Assembly: GCA_013359225.1 (NCBI GenBank)
Contig: JABWCG010000001.1
Location: 6,410-70,409, forward strand
Reading direction: 5' to 3'
DNA from: Candidatus Buchananbacteria bacterium
Lineage (GTDB): Bacteria > Patescibacteriota > Patescibacteriia > Buchananbacterales > UBA6539
Length of the DNA stretch: 64,000 nucleotides
Positions 9,763-19,603 of the stretch are shown here, piece after piece; the stretch's first letter is position 1, and every line of letters starts with the position of its first letter. Below the pieces are notes generated by a model, which saw only the letters and a program-made list of their open reading frames with translations, had not been told where the DNA came from and searched no databases. Both the position numbers and the translations under genes were made by a program.

Positions 9763-10128
9763 ATGGTAGCAATTAAAAGAATTCCAGTTTCTTCTAAGAA
9801 AGCTGAAGAAGCCGAGGAAAGCAAACAAAAAATTAGAATCAAAATCAGAGCGTACGATCACAAAATCATTGATCAGTCTACCAAGACGATCATGGATACG
9901 ATCAAGCGAACTGGTGCATCTTTTATTGGCCCGATTCCGTTGCCAACCGAAAAGAAAAAGTACACCGTACTTAAATCTTCGTTTGTCCACAAGGATGCCA
10001 GAGGTCAGTATGAAATGCGGATTCATAAGCGTTTACTTGATATCATTGAACCGACACCAAAAACTGTTGATTCTTTACAGAGCTTGAATTTGCCGGCCGG
10101 AGTTGATGTTGAAATCAAGATGGCCTAA
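9763..10128 (+). CDS. rpsJ: 30S ribosomal protein uS10
   Basis: [25 protein letters not shown]. Confidence 0.98.
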   Translation: MVAIKRIPVSSKKAEEAEESKQKIRIKIRAYDHKIIDQSTKTIMDTIKRTGASFIGPIPLPTEKKKYTVLKSSFVHKDARGQYEMRIHKRLLDIIEPTPKTVDSLQSLNLPAGVDVEIKMA

Positions 10129-10141
10129 GGGTATATAAGTT

Positions 10142-10327
10142 TTAACTGCCTGGTAAGGTAAAACCAAAGTGACAGTTAAGGATACAAAGAAAGCTTTCTA
10201 AAACATGTTTTTAGAAAAAACCTTTGTAGCTTTGATGGTCGCTGATGAAAGTATTAACAACCTTAATTAAAAAAGCCAACAATTTGCCAGCTATAACAAG
10301 CTATCTGGCTCTTTGAGGCAGGTTTTT
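10142..10327 (+). promoter_or_regulatory. Structured leader between rpsJ and rplC (putative cis-regulatory RNA)
   Basis: 215-nt intergenic gap with stems TTAACTG/CAGTTAA, TACAAAG...CTTTGTA (enclosing an inner TTTCTAAAA/TTTTAGAAA stem) and GCCAG...CTGGC. Confidence 0.45.
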
Positions 10328-10343
10328 ATTTTGAAACGAGATT

Positions 10344-11108
10344 ATGAAATTTATTTTAGCTGAAAAACAGGACATGACCCAGAAGTTCGGTACCGACGGA
10401 ACTGTTATTCCCGTTACCAAAGTGACTGCTGGTCCTTGTGTTGTTACTCAGGTTAAACAAATGGATACCGACGGTTATGTTGCAGTTCAGGTTGGTTTTG
10501 GCGCCAAAAAGAAATTAACCAAATCAGTTAAGGGACATTTGAAAAATTTAGGTAATTTCCGATATTTAAAAGAGTTTAGAATTTCAGCCGATGAGGCTAA
10601 GAAGTTGGCGGTTGGTAATAAGATTAATGTTGCTACTTTTCAGGCCGGGGATAAGGTGAAGGTTACCGGTGTTACCAAGGGTCGCGGTTTCCAGGGTGTT
10701 GTCAAACGTCATGGTTTTGGCGGCAGCCCAAAAACCCACGGTCACAAAGATCAGCTTCGTATGCCCGGTTCAATTGGTGCAACCGGTCCAGCCCATGTTT
10801 TTAAAGGCACTCGGATGGGCGGCCAAATGGGTGGAACTCAGGTAACCGTTACTAATTTAGAAATTGTGGAAGTTGACGAAAAGAATAATGAAATTTTTAT
10901 TAAAGGTGCTTTGCCTGGCGCAAAGAATAATTTATTGTTGATTGCCGGCATTGGTGATTTAATCATTGCTACCGAACCAGTTGCGACGGCGACCGAAACT
11001 CAGGAAGTAAGCGAAGCTAAAGAAACGCCAGAGGCTAGCGCTGAAGGTACTGCTGCAGCGGAAGTCGTTAATGAAGAGGTTAAGGAAGAAGCCAAGGCGG
11101 GAAATTAA
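10344..11108 (+). CDS. rplC: 50S ribosomal protein uL3 (acidic C-terminal extension)
   Basis: KGRGFQGVVKRHGF and PGSIG. Confidence 0.98.
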   Translation: MKFILAEKQDMTQKFGTDGTVIPVTKVTAGPCVVTQVKQMDTDGYVAVQVGFGAKKKLTKSVKGHLKNLGNFRYLKEFRISADEAKKLAVGNKINVATFQAGDKVKVTGVTKGRGFQGVVKRHGFGGSPKTHGHKDQLRMPGSIGATGPAHVFKGTRMGGQMGGTQVTVTNLEIVEVDEKNNEIFIKGALPGAKNNLLLIAGIGDLIIATEPVATATETQEVSEAKETPEASAEGTAAAEVVNEEVKEEAKAGN

Positions 11109-11117
11109 ATAACACGT

Positions 11118-11828
11118 ATGTCAAAAGTAACTGTCTACAATCAGAATGGTGATAAAGTCAAAGAGTTGGAATTAAATCCAAAAGTTTTTGGAGTGGCAGT
11201 AAAGCCAGAAGTGATTTTTCAGGCCGTTATTGCTCAGCAGGCTAATAGCCGACAGGTGTTGGCCGACGTTAAGAGTAAGGCAGAAGTTTCCGGCGGTGGC
11301 CGTAAGCCATGGCGTCAAAAGGGAACTGGCCGCGCTCGACACGGCTCAATCCGCTCCCCATTATGGCGCGGCGGCGGAATTACTTTTGGTCCGACTTCAG
11401 AACGCAATTTTTCAGTAAAAATCAATCGCAAAGCTAAACAAAAGGCATTATTGATGTCGCTGTCTGATAAAGCAGCCCATAACAAGATTGTTTTAGTTGA
11501 TGATTTGAAGCTTGAAGCAGCTAAGACTAAAAAATTCTTTGCGGTATTACAGAATTTAGAGCTTCGGGCTAAGTCGGTTAAGCAAGCAAAGAAAGATGCT
11601 GTTAAAAAAGAAACTGTTGCCGACAATAAGTCTAAGAAGTCAAAGCTAAAGAAAGTTTTGTTGATCTTGCCAAAAAAGGACGAAACCGTTTATCGCGCCG
11701 CCTCCAATGTGGCCGGTCTGGAAATTATCGCCGCCAACAGCTTGAATATTGTAGATGTTATGAATAGTCAGTATTTATTGATGCCTGTTGCAGCAGTTGA
11801 ACAAATTGAAAAAACTTTTGTTAAATAA
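11118..11828 (+). CDS. rplD: 50S ribosomal protein uL4 (Lys-rich insertion)
   Basis: KPWRQKGTGRARHGSIRSP. Confidence 0.98.
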   Translation: MSKVTVYNQNGDKVKELELNPKVFGVAVKPEVIFQAVIAQQANSRQVLADVKSKAEVSGGGRKPWRQKGTGRARHGSIRSPLWRGGGITFGPTSERNFSVKINRKAKQKALLMSLSDKAAHNKIVLVDDLKLEAAKTKKFFAVLQNLELRAKSVKQAKKDAVKKETVADNKSKKSKLKKVLLILPKKDETVYRAASNVAGLEIIAANSLNIVDVMNSQYLLMPVAAVEQIEKTFVK

Positions 11829-11830
11829 GT

Positions 11831-12280
11831 ATGAGTATCTTAGGAAAGTTAAAAATCAAAAAAGACGAAGAATCAAGCGAAGTGTCACCAGAAACTTCAG
11901 CAGTGGTTAGCGCTGACAAAAAAGTTCAGTCGCCAGTAAAAGCAGAAAAGAAAGTTAAGAAAGTTACCAAGACGCAAGAAATTAAAGGTAAGACTGACCG
12001 AGCCTACCGTATTTTAATCAAGCCAATGATTACCGAAAAAGCTTCCGGACTTGGCGGATTAAACAAATATGTTTTTGCGGTTGAGCCTAGTACTAATAAA
12101 GTTGAAGTTAAAAAAGCAATTCGGGCGGTGTATAATGTTGATCCGATTGCGGTAAATATTTTAAATTTTTCCGGTAAGCGCGTTCGCTACGGCAAAACCA
12201 GTGGTGTTACCAAAGGTTGGAAAAAAGCCGTTGTAACACTTAAGCCGGGGGATAAAATTGAAGTTTACGAAGGAATTTAA
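11831..12280 (+). CDS. rplW: 50S ribosomal protein uL23 (N-terminal extension)
   Basis: PMITEKA and WKKAVVTL. Confidence 0.97.
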   Translation: MSILGKLKIKKDEESSEVSPETSAVVSADKKVQSPVKAEKKVKKVTKTQEIKGKTDRAYRILIKPMITEKASGLGGLNKYVFAVEPSTNKVEVKKAIRAVYNVDPIAVNILNFSGKRVRYGKTSGVTKGWKKAVVTLKPGDKIEVYEGI

Positions 12281-12290
12281 ATAATTCATT

Positions 12291-13133
12291 ATGCCGATTA
12301 GAATTTACAAACCAACCACTCCAGGTCGCCGTCAGACATCGGTTGATACTTTTGCTGATGTGACCAGAAAGAAGCCGGAAAAAAGTTTGATTTTGATCAA
12401 GAAAAAAACTGGCGGACGAAATGCCTCGGGACGAATTACCGTTCGTCATCGTGGGGGTGGCGCTAAGCAGTATTATCGTTTAATTGATTATCGTCGAAAC
12501 AAGTTTGATATGCCAGCGACAGTGGAGGCAATTGAATACGATCCAAACCGCCGCGCTCGGATTGCGTTGGTTAAGTACGAAGACGGTACGAAAAGTTATA
12601 TCATCGCTCCAGTTGATTTGAAGGTTGGTGCTGTTGTTATCTCTTCAAAAACCAGAACTGATATTCAGGTTGGCAACCGAATGCCGTTAGTTGAAATGCC
12701 ACTTGGTTCTCAGATTTATGAAATTGAAATTACTCCCGGCAAGGGCGGCCAGCTGGTCAGAACCGCTGGTTCCACCGCTAAATTGATGGCAGTTGAAGGG
12801 GAGTATGCTACTATTAGAATGCCGTCTGGAGAAATTCGTTTAATTCCGAAAGATTGTGCCGCAACGATCGGTCAGGTTTCAAACCCTGATGCAATGCATA
12901 TCCGAATTGGTAAAGCTGGCCGGATGCGTCATTTAGGTATCCGACCAACCGTTCGTGGTAAAGTAATGAACCCAGTGGATCACCCGCACGGTGGTGGCGA
13001 AGGCCATAACCCGATTGGTATGAAGGCGCCAAAAACGCCATGGGGAAAGAAAGCGTTGGGTGTTAAAACTCGCCGCAAAAAGAAATATTCATCTAAGTTT
13101 ATTGTTCGCGCTCGCGCTAAGCGTCGACGTTAA
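12291..13133 (+). CDS. rplB: 50S ribosomal protein uL2
   Basis: EYDPNR and [13 protein letters not shown]. Confidence 0.99.
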   Translation: MPIRIYKPTTPGRRQTSVDTFADVTRKKPEKSLILIKKKTGGRNASGRITVRHRGGGAKQYYRLIDYRRNKFDMPATVEAIEYDPNRRARIALVKYEDGTKSYIIAPVDLKVGAVVISSKTRTDIQVGNRMPLVEMPLGSQIYEIEITPGKGGQLVRTAGSTAKLMAVEGEYATIRMPSGEIRLIPKDCAATIGQVSNPDAMHIRIGKAGRMRHLGIRPTVRGKVMNPVDHPHGGGEGHNPIGMKAPKTPWGKKALGVKTRRKKKYSSKFIVRARAKRRR

Positions 13134-13142
13134 TCAAATACT

Positions 13143-13481
13143 ATGTCTAGAAGTCTTAAAAAAGGTCCATACGTTAATGAAAAGCTACTTAAGAAGTTGC
13201 AGAAGGTTAAAGTTGGCGACAAGAATGCTATCAAGACGTGGGATCGTGCAAGCATGATCACTCCAGAAATGGTTGGTTACACAATTGGTGTTCATAATGG
13301 TCGAACCCATACCCCAGTTTTGATTGTTGAAAATATGGTTGGTCATCGTTTGGGTGAATTTTCACCAACCAAGACATTCCGCGGACATGGTGGTAAGATT
13401 GCTAAGGAACAGGAAAAAGTCGCGGCTCAAAAAGCTGCTGATGACCGCAAGAAGGCTCAGGCTGCCGCGGAAAAAAAGTAA
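13143..13481 (+). CDS. rpsS: 30S ribosomal protein uS19
   Basis: MSRSLKKGP and [10 protein letters not shown]. Confidence 0.99.
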   Translation: MSRSLKKGPYVNEKLLKKLQKVKVGDKNAIKTWDRASMITPEMVGYTIGVHNGRTHTPVLIVENMVGHRLGEFSPTKTFRGHGGKIAKEQEKVAAQKAADDRKKAQAAAEKK

Positions 13482-13498
13482 GATAAATTAATATTATT

Positions 13499-14164
13499 AT
13501 GGCTACGGAAACCAAGAAAATTAAAGATCAGACCAAAGATCAGACCAAAAAATCTGCAAGCCTTAAAGTTGCTAAAACCGCAAAGCCGAAAAAATCGCCA
13601 GTGGTCAAGAAGACAGGAGTCAAAAATGAGACAAACAAGTCGACTAAGGAAGTAACGGAAGTTTTGGCTAAGGCTCGGTTTGTCCGAACTTCACCACGAA
13701 AAATTCGATTGGTTATTGATCAGTTGAGAGGTCTAGAAGCTGAAACCGCAGTAACAAAATTGCAGTTTATTAATAAAGCCGCTTCTAAGCCGGTATATAA
13801 ATTGGTTAAATCCGCCATTGCGAATGCTGAAAATAATTTTAGTTTAAATATTAAAGATTTATTTATTAAAAAAATTGTTGCCGACGAAGGTCCAACTTTA
13901 AAGCGTTTTCGTCCGCGAGCTCATGGCCGATCAGCTGCGATCCGAAAACGTACTAGCCACATTACTTTGGTTTTGGGCATTAAAGCGGGAGTTAAACCGG
14001 TAATTAAGAGATTAACTGATCAAAAAGCTCAAGAGGTTAAAGTCGTCAGTCCGGATGAAGTTAAGAAATCAGGCCCAAAATCTGGTGGGATGATCGCTTC
14101 TGATGACCAAGGCAAGGATTCAAAAGGCTTTATGAAAGGTATCTTCCAACGTAAAACAGGTTAA
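13499..14164 (+). CDS. rplV: 50S ribosomal protein uL22 with long N- and C-terminal extensions
   Basis: SPRKIRLV, GPTLKRFRPRAHGR, TSHIT; 221 aa. Confidence 0.96.
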   Translation: MATETKKIKDQTKDQTKKSASLKVAKTAKPKKSPVVKKTGVKNETNKSTKEVTEVLAKARFVRTSPRKIRLVIDQLRGLEAETAVTKLQFINKAASKPVYKLVKSAIANAENNFSLNIKDLFIKKIVADEGPTLKRFRPRAHGRSAAIRKRTSHITLVLGIKAGVKPVIKRLTDQKAQEVKVVSPDEVKKSGPKSGGMIASDDQGKDSKGFMKGIFQRKTG

Positions 14165-14167
14165 CAT

Positions 14168-14866
14168 ATGGGACAAAAAGTACATCCAAAAATTTTTAGA
14201 ATCGGTAGTCTTTACACCTGGAATTCAAAGTGGTTTTCACGTCGTGATTACGCTAAATTTTTGCAGGAAGATATTTTAGTTAAGAAATTTTTAAAGAAAG
14301 AACTTCGCGAAGCCGCAGTTTCTCAGATTGATATTGAACGAACGCCGGCCGCTACAACGATTATTATCCATTCTGCTAAGCCGGGCGTAATTATCGGTCG
14401 TGGTGGTCAAGGTGTCGAAGATTTGAAAAAGAAAATTCAGTCCAAGTTTTTGAACAAGAAATCAACTTTAAATATCAACATTCAAGAAGTAACTAATCCG
14501 AATGTTAATGCCGAGTTGGTTTTGCAGTCCATGATTGCTGATATTGAAAAGCGTATGCCATATCGTCGGGTAATGAAGCAGGCGATTGCTAAAGTGGAAA
14601 AAACAGATGCCCGAGGTATTAAGGTAATTATTGCCGGCCGACTTAACGGTGCAGAAATTGCCCGAACTGAAATGTTGGCTTCCGGTAGTTTGCCGTTGCA
14701 CACTTTGCGGGCCGATATTGATTATGCCCGTGGTGTAGCTCAGACCACTTATGGAACTATTGGTATCAAGGTTTGGATTTACCGCGGCGAAATTTTTGAC
14801 AAAGATAAGGACAAGGCGCAAGCCCCAACCACTAATCGAAGAAATAATAGACAAGCTAAGAAGTAA
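14168..14866 (+). CDS. rpsC: 30S ribosomal protein uS3
   Basis: MGQKVHP, GRLNGAEIAR, PLHTLRADIDY. Confidence 0.99.
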   Translation: MGQKVHPKIFRIGSLYTWNSKWFSRRDYAKFLQEDILVKKFLKKELREAAVSQIDIERTPAATTIIIHSAKPGVIIGRGGQGVEDLKKKIQSKFLNKKSTLNINIQEVTNPNVNAELVLQSMIADIEKRMPYRRVMKQAIAKVEKTDARGIKVIIAGRLNGAEIARTEMLASGSLPLHTLRADIDYARGVAQTTYGTIGIKVWIYRGEIFDKDKDKAQAPTTNRRNNRQAKK

Positions 14867-14869
14867 TAT

Positions 14870-15274
14870 ATGTTGTCACCACGAAAGCAAAAACACCGAA
14901 AAAGTTTTAAAGGCACGCTGACTGGCAAAGCCACGGCGGGTACGACGGTTAGTTTTGGCAAATATGGCTTGAAGTCTCTTGGTAATACTTGGATGACTGC
15001 CCGGCAAATTGAATCCGCCAGACGCGCCATGACCCGATTCATTAAGCGTGGTGGTAAGATTTGGATCAGAATTTTTCCTGATGTTCCGGTTACTAAAAAA
15101 GGTGAACAGTCAACCATGGGTTCCGGCAAAGGTGCGGTTGACCGATACATTGCTGTGATTAAACCAGGAATGATTATCTTTGAGATGGATGGTGTCACTG
15201 AAGAGCAGGCTCGTGAAGCAATGCGCTTAGCGGCTCATAAGTTGCCATGTAAGACTAGCTTTATTATCAAATAA
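14870..15274 (+). CDS. rplP: 50S ribosomal protein uL16
   Basis: QIESARR, WIRIFPD, MGSGKG. Confidence 0.99.
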   Translation: MLSPRKQKHRKSFKGTLTGKATAGTTVSFGKYGLKSLGNTWMTARQIESARRAMTRFIKRGGKIWIRIFPDVPVTKKGEQSTMGSGKGAVDRYIAVIKPGMIIFEMDGVTEEQAREAMRLAAHKLPCKTSFIIK

Positions 15275-15276
15275 GT

Positions 15277-15501
15277 ATGAAATTTAAAGAATTGAAAACT
15301 AAGACGGAAAAAGAATTGCAGAAGTTGCTTGCCGACTTTCGGCTTAATCTGCGCGAGTTGAAATTCAAATCATCGGCTGATCAGTTAAAGAATGTCCGAG
15401 AGTTGCGCCGGGTGAAACGAAATATCGCTCAAATTCTGATGTTATTATCCAATAAACACCAGGCTAAACCAGAAGCTGAAGTTAAAAATGAAACCAACTA
15501 A
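15277..15501 (+). CDS. rpmC: 50S ribosomal protein uL29
   Basis: Operon position; LRELKF...RNIAQI. Confidence 0.93.
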   Translation: MKFKELKTKTEKELQKLLADFRLNLRELKFKSSADQLKNVRELRRVKRNIAQILMLLSNKHQAKPEAEVKNETN

Positions 15502-15503
15502 TT

Positions 15504-15764
15504 ATGACAGACGCTAAAAAAATTATTAAGCGAAAATTTGAAGGAACGGTTGTTTCTGACAAGAACGACAAGACTATTGTTGTTGCTGTTGAAACTGCTA
15601 AACCACATCCGAAATACAACAAGCGTTTTACGTCTACTAAGAAATATAAAGTGCACGATCCGGCTAATGAGTTTAAAATTGGGGACAAGGTAGTGTTTGA
15701 AGAATGCCGACCATTAAGCAAAGACAAGCGCTGGCGTGTTTTAAGTAAAGAAAGTAAGAGTTAA
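15504..15764 (+). CDS. rpsQ: 30S ribosomal protein uS17
   Basis: [22 protein letters not shown]. Confidence 0.98.
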   Translation: MTDAKKIIKRKFEGTVVSDKNDKTIVVAVETAKPHPKYNKRFTSTKKYKVHDPANEFKIGDKVVFEECRPLSKDKRWRVLSKESKS

Positions 15765-15766
15765 AT

Positions 15767-16138
15767 ATGATTCAGTTACGAACAATTTTAAAAGTTGCCG
15801 ATAATTCCGGAGCAAAAAAGCTTCAGTGTATTAAGGTTCTTGGAACAAACCGAAAGCGATATGCCCGAGTCGGTGATATTATTACTGTTTCTATTAAAGA
15901 AGCAGTACCTCATAGCGCTGTTAAAAAAGGACAGGTCGCTCATGCGGTGGTTGTTCGAACCCGAAAAGAGATTCGACGCACTGATGGGTCTTACGTCCGA
16001 TTCGATGAAAATGCCGCAGTGTTAGTTGATAAGAAATCAAAAGAACCGAAAGGTACGCGTATTTTTGGGCCAGTTGCTCGAGAATTGCGCGCTGCCGGAT
16101 TTAATAAAATTATTTCATTGGCTCCAGAAGTTTTATAA
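15767..16138 (+). CDS. rplN: 50S ribosomal protein uL14
   Basis: [27 protein letters not shown]. Confidence 0.99.
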   Translation: MIQLRTILKVADNSGAKKLQCIKVLGTNRKRYARVGDIITVSIKEAVPHSAVKKGQVAHAVVVRTRKEIRRTDGSYVRFDENAAVLVDKKSKEPKGTRIFGPVARELRAAGFNKIISLAPEVL

Positions 16139-16142
16139 TTAT

Positions 16143-16451
16143 ATGAGAATTAAAAAAGGCGACAAAGTAAAAGTATTAAGCGGTAAGGACCAGGGCAAAA
16201 CTGGTAAAGTCTTGCAGATCTTTACTAAGCGAGGACGGCTTTCGGTTGAGGGTGTTAATTTGATGCACAAGAATATGAAGCCGCGCCGACAGGGTGAAAA
16301 AGGTCAGCGCATTCAGTTTCCAGCGGCGTTGCCAATGAGCAATGTTGCCATTATTTGTCCAAAATGCGGTAAAGCCAGCCGAATTGGTTCCACGAAGGTC
16401 GGCGAAGCTAAGAAAGCAAGAACCTGCAAAAAGTGTAAAGAAGCTATTTAA
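16143..16451 (+). CDS. rplX: 50S ribosomal protein uL24
   Basis: IKKGDKVKVLSGKDQGKTG; ATG at 16143. Confidence 0.97.
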   Translation: MRIKKGDKVKVLSGKDQGKTGKVLQIFTKRGRLSVEGVNLMHKNMKPRRQGEKGQRIQFPAALPMSNVAIICPKCGKASRIGSTKVGEAKKARTCKKCKEAI

Positions 16452-16455
16452 ACGT

Positions 16456-17001
16456 ATGTCTAACAGTTTGAAAGAACAATATACTAAAAAAATCGCGCCG
16501 ACTTTAAAAGAAAAGTTTGGCTATAAGAATAATTTGTCAGTCCCAAAGATTGAGAAGGTGGTTTTAAATGTCGGTACCGGCCAGGGTTTGAAAGATCCGA
16601 AATACAACGAAGCGGTTGAGGATACGCTGTTACGAATTACCGGTCAAAAGCCTGTCAAAACTATTTCCAAAAAAGCTATTTCTAATTTCAAGATTCGGGA
16701 AGGTTTAGTAGTTGGCATGTCGGTGACGTTGCGCGGTGAACGGATGTATGATTTTTTGACCAAACTAATTAATATCACGTTGCCTCGTGTTCGAGACTTC
16801 CGCGGTCTTGATCTGAAGTCGGTTGATACGCGAGGTAATTTGAACCTAGGTTTTCGAGAACATATTTCTTTTCCGGAAATCAAATCAGATGAGATCGAAC
16901 GAATTCACGGTTTGCAGATTACGGCTGTTACGAATGCTAAGACTCATGAAGAAGGATTAGAATTATTTAAGTTATTAGGTTTTCCATTTCGTAACGAATA
17001 A
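16456..17001 (+). CDS. rplE: 50S ribosomal protein uL5
   Basis: [24 protein letters not shown]; ATG at 16456. Confidence 0.98.
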   Translation: MSNSLKEQYTKKIAPTLKEKFGYKNNLSVPKIEKVVLNVGTGQGLKDPKYNEAVEDTLLRITGQKPVKTISKKAISNFKIREGLVVGMSVTLRGERMYDFLTKLINITLPRVRDFRGLDLKSVDTRGNLNLGFREHISFPEIKSDEIERIHGLQITAVTNAKTHEEGLELFKLLGFPFRNE

Positions 17002-17006
17002 TTTTT

Positions 17007-17192
17007 ATGGCAACAGAAGCGAGAATTGCAAAATCAAAAAAGACTCCAAAGTTTTCAACCCGCAAGGTTCGAAGATGTTGGCGTTGTGGCCGCAATCGCG
17101 GTTATATGCGAGATTTTAATATGTGTCGAATTTGTTTTAGGGAATTAGCCGACAACGGGCAAATTCCAGGTATCCGGAAATCAAGTTGGTAA
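17007..17192 (+). CDS. rpsZ: 30S ribosomal protein uS14, zinc-binding type Z
   Basis: CWRCGR...CRICFRE; 61 aa. Confidence 0.97.
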   Translation: MATEARIAKSKKTPKFSTRKVRRCWRCGRNRGYMRDFNMCRICFRELADNGQIPGIRKSSW

Positions 17193-17222
17193 TTAAATAA
17201 CTTTTATAGAGCAAATATCAAT

Positions 17223-17624
17223 ATGACAGATCCAATTGCAGACATGCTTAGTCGAATCAGAAATGCCATGGCGGTGCAAAAGCCAGAAGTGATTTTGCCA
17301 TTCTCAAAGATTAAATTAAGCGTTGCCGAAATTCTTAAAGAGACTGGGTATATTAAAAAAGTTGAAAAATTGTCCAAGCAGGAAGCCGGCACAAGCCATG
17401 ATCAAATTAAAATTACTTTGAAATATAACGGTGGTCAGCCGGCAATCAGCAAGATTGCCCGAGTAAGTAAGCCGGGACATCGCGTGTATGTTTCTAAAGA
17501 TAATTTGCCGGTCGTTTTAAATCATTTAGGGATTGCCATCCTTTCAACCCCACAGGGCTTAATGACAAATAAAGAAGCCCGAAAGCGAAATCTTGGGGGA
17601 GAAGTAATCTGTGAGGTTTATTAA
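17223..17624 (+). CDS. rpsH: 30S ribosomal protein uS8
   Basis: DPIADMLSRIRNA, SKPGHRVY, GGEVIC. Confidence 0.99.
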   Translation: MTDPIADMLSRIRNAMAVQKPEVILPFSKIKLSVAEILKETGYIKKVEKLSKQEAGTSHDQIKITLKYNGGQPAISKIARVSKPGHRVYVSKDNLPVVLNHLGIAILSTPQGLMTNKEARKRNLGGEVICEVY

Positions 17625-17626
17625 GT

Positions 17627-18175
17627 ATGAGTAGAATTGGAAAACAACCTATTACCATTCCAGAGGGCGTTGAAGTAAAAATTACCAACGATCTGATTAC
17701 GGTGAAAGGCCCTAAGGGTCAGCTGACACAGACTGGAAACAGCCTGGTTAAAGTTGAACAAAAAGATAATGAACTGTTGGTTACGGTCAATGATCCGGAA
17801 AACAAGCAGCAAAAGTCCCTTTGGGGTTTATATCAGCGCTTGATTGCTAATATGGTTGCGGGTGTAACCCAAGGCTTTTCAAAAAAGTTAGAAATTAACG
17901 GTGTTGGATATAAAGTCGCGCTTCAGGGCAAACACTTGAATTTTCAGCTTGGATATTCTCATCCGATTGATTTTCCGATTCCAGAGGGTATTGAAGCGAC
18001 TGTTGAAAAAAATGTCATCACCATTTCCGGAAGCAACAAGCAGTTGGTTGGTCAAACCGCCGCTGACATCCGATCGTTAAAGAAACCGGAGCCTTACAAG
18101 GGCAAGGGGATTAAATATAGTGATGAAATTATTAGACGAAAGGCCGGTAAGGCCGCTGCTAAGGGTGCAGCCTAA
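17627..18175 (+). CDS. rplF: 50S ribosomal protein uL6
   Basis: MSRIGK and PEPYKGKGI. Confidence 0.99.
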   Translation: MSRIGKQPITIPEGVEVKITNDLITVKGPKGQLTQTGNSLVKVEQKDNELLVTVNDPENKQQKSLWGLYQRLIANMVAGVTQGFSKKLEINGVGYKVALQGKHLNFQLGYSHPIDFPIPEGIEATVEKNVITISGSNKQLVGQTAADIRSLKKPEPYKGKGIKYSDEIIRRKAGKAAAKGAA

Positions 18176-18186
18176 CCATTAAGACT

Positions 18187-18549
18187 ATGGCTATTGCTAA
18201 AGAAAAAAATAAATCACAGAAAAGAATTAGACGAAAGAACCGCGTTCGAGCTAAGGTTTCGGGTACCGCTACACGGCCGCGCCTTAGCGTGTATCGCAGT
18301 TTAAGTCATATGTATGCCCAATTGATCGATGATGTTAAGGGTGTGACATTGGCCGCGGCAAAAGATGGTGATATTAAAGACGCTAAAGCAACTAAGACGG
18401 AAATTGCCGGAAAAGTTGGTGAATTGTTGGCTAAAAAAGCGCTGGCCGCAGGCATTACCGAAGCGGTATTTGATAAAGGTTCTGCTCAGTATCATGGCCG
18501 AGTTAAGGCCGTGGCTGAAGGTGCCAGAAAAGGTGGGTTAAAAATTTAA
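18187..18549 (+). CDS. rplR: 50S ribosomal protein uL18
   Basis: RPRLSVYRS and YHGRVKA. Confidence 0.98.
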   Translation: MAIAKEKNKSQKRIRRKNRVRAKVSGTATRPRLSVYRSLSHMYAQLIDDVKGVTLAAAKDGDIKDAKATKTEIAGKVGELLAKKALAAGITEAVFDKGSAQYHGRVKAVAEGARKGGLKI

Positions 18550-18554
18550 ACATT

Positions 18555-19100
18555 ATGTCAGAACAGAATTTCAAAAGAACAAAAAAAGGTGAACAACACG
18601 CCGCACCAGCCGAGAAAGAATTTGATCAGGTTATTGTTGATATTGCCCGCGTTACCCGCGTTATGGCCGGTGGCAAGCGTATGCGGTTTCGTGCCTGTGT
18701 AGTCATCGGCGACCGCAAGGGCCGCGTCGGTTATTCTGTTGCCAAGGGTGCAGACGTTACTTTAGCGGTAAACAAAGCAGTTACTAAGGCTCGCAAGAGT
18801 TTGATCAACGTGCCGATTATTAATGACACTATTCCTCATCAGGTTCAAGTGAAAGTTAAAGCTGCTCGAATCTTAATTAAGCCGGCTACGAAAGGTACCG
18901 GAGTTATTGCCGGCGGCGCGGTCCGTATTGTTTTGGACTTGGCGGGTATTTCTAACGCCGTTGCTAAAATTTTTGGTACGAGCAACAAAATTAATAATAT
19001 CGCCGCAACGATTAAGGCATTAAAGATGCTTAAGCGCGTTGAGCCTAAAAAAGCTAGTGCTAAAAAGCCAGCCGAAAAGTCAGGCGATGCTACTAAATAA
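18555..19100 (+). CDS. rpsE: 30S ribosomal protein uS5
   Basis: RVTRVMAGGKR and GTGVIAGG. Confidence 0.98.
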   Translation: MSEQNFKRTKKGEQHAAPAEKEFDQVIVDIARVTRVMAGGKRMRFRACVVIGDRKGRVGYSVAKGADVTLAVNKAVTKARKSLINVPIINDTIPHQVQVKVKAARILIKPATKGTGVIAGGAVRIVLDLAGISNAVAKIFGTSNKINNIAATIKALKMLKRVEPKKASAKKPAEKSGDATK

Positions 19101-19105
19101 ATTTT

Positions 19106-19588
19106 ATGACTGAATTAGGTTTACACAATTTAACTCGCAATAAACGTAAAACCGGCAAACGAGTCGGCCGCGGAAGCGGTTCTGGTCGTGGTGCTTATTC
19201 CGGCCGGGGACTTAAAGGTCAGCGTGCCCGTTCTGGCGGCCGTGCTGGTTTGAAGCGACGTGGTTTGGCTCAGATGCTTAAGAGCAAACCAAAACTGGGT
19301 GGCTTCAAGAGTCCGAGTTCTAAATTAGAAATCGTTAATATTGCTGATCTGCAAGAGGTTTTTGACGCTGGTGAATTAATTACTACTAAAAAGCTGTTGA
19401 ATAAAGGTTTGGTAAAAACCCTGAAGCACGGCATCAAAATTTTGGGTCAGGGAAAAGTAACTAAAAAGTTTATCGTTGAAGCCAATCGTTTTTCAGAATC
19501 GGCAAAACAAGCTATACTAGAAGCAGGCGGCGAAGTTAAACTGATCAATCAAAACAAGTCCAAGAAGCGCGTCGTTAACAAAAAATAA
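19106..19588 (+). CDS. rplO: 50S ribosomal protein uL15
   Basis: RVGRGSGSGRG and KGQRARSG. Confidence 0.97.
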   Translation: MTELGLHNLTRNKRKTGKRVGRGSGSGRGAYSGRGLKGQRARSGGRAGLKRRGLAQMLKSKPKLGGFKSPSSKLEIVNIADLQEVFDAGELITTKKLLNKGLVKTLKHGIKILGQGKVTKKFIVEANRFSESAKQAILEAGGEVKLINQNKSKKRVVNKK

Positions 19589-19603
19589 TTTTGCAACGCT
19601 CCC

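Noticed and set aside
10242-10252. CTGATGA resembling a hammerhead ribozyme core
   Set aside because: No stem II followed by GAAA and no flanking stems in the required arrangement.
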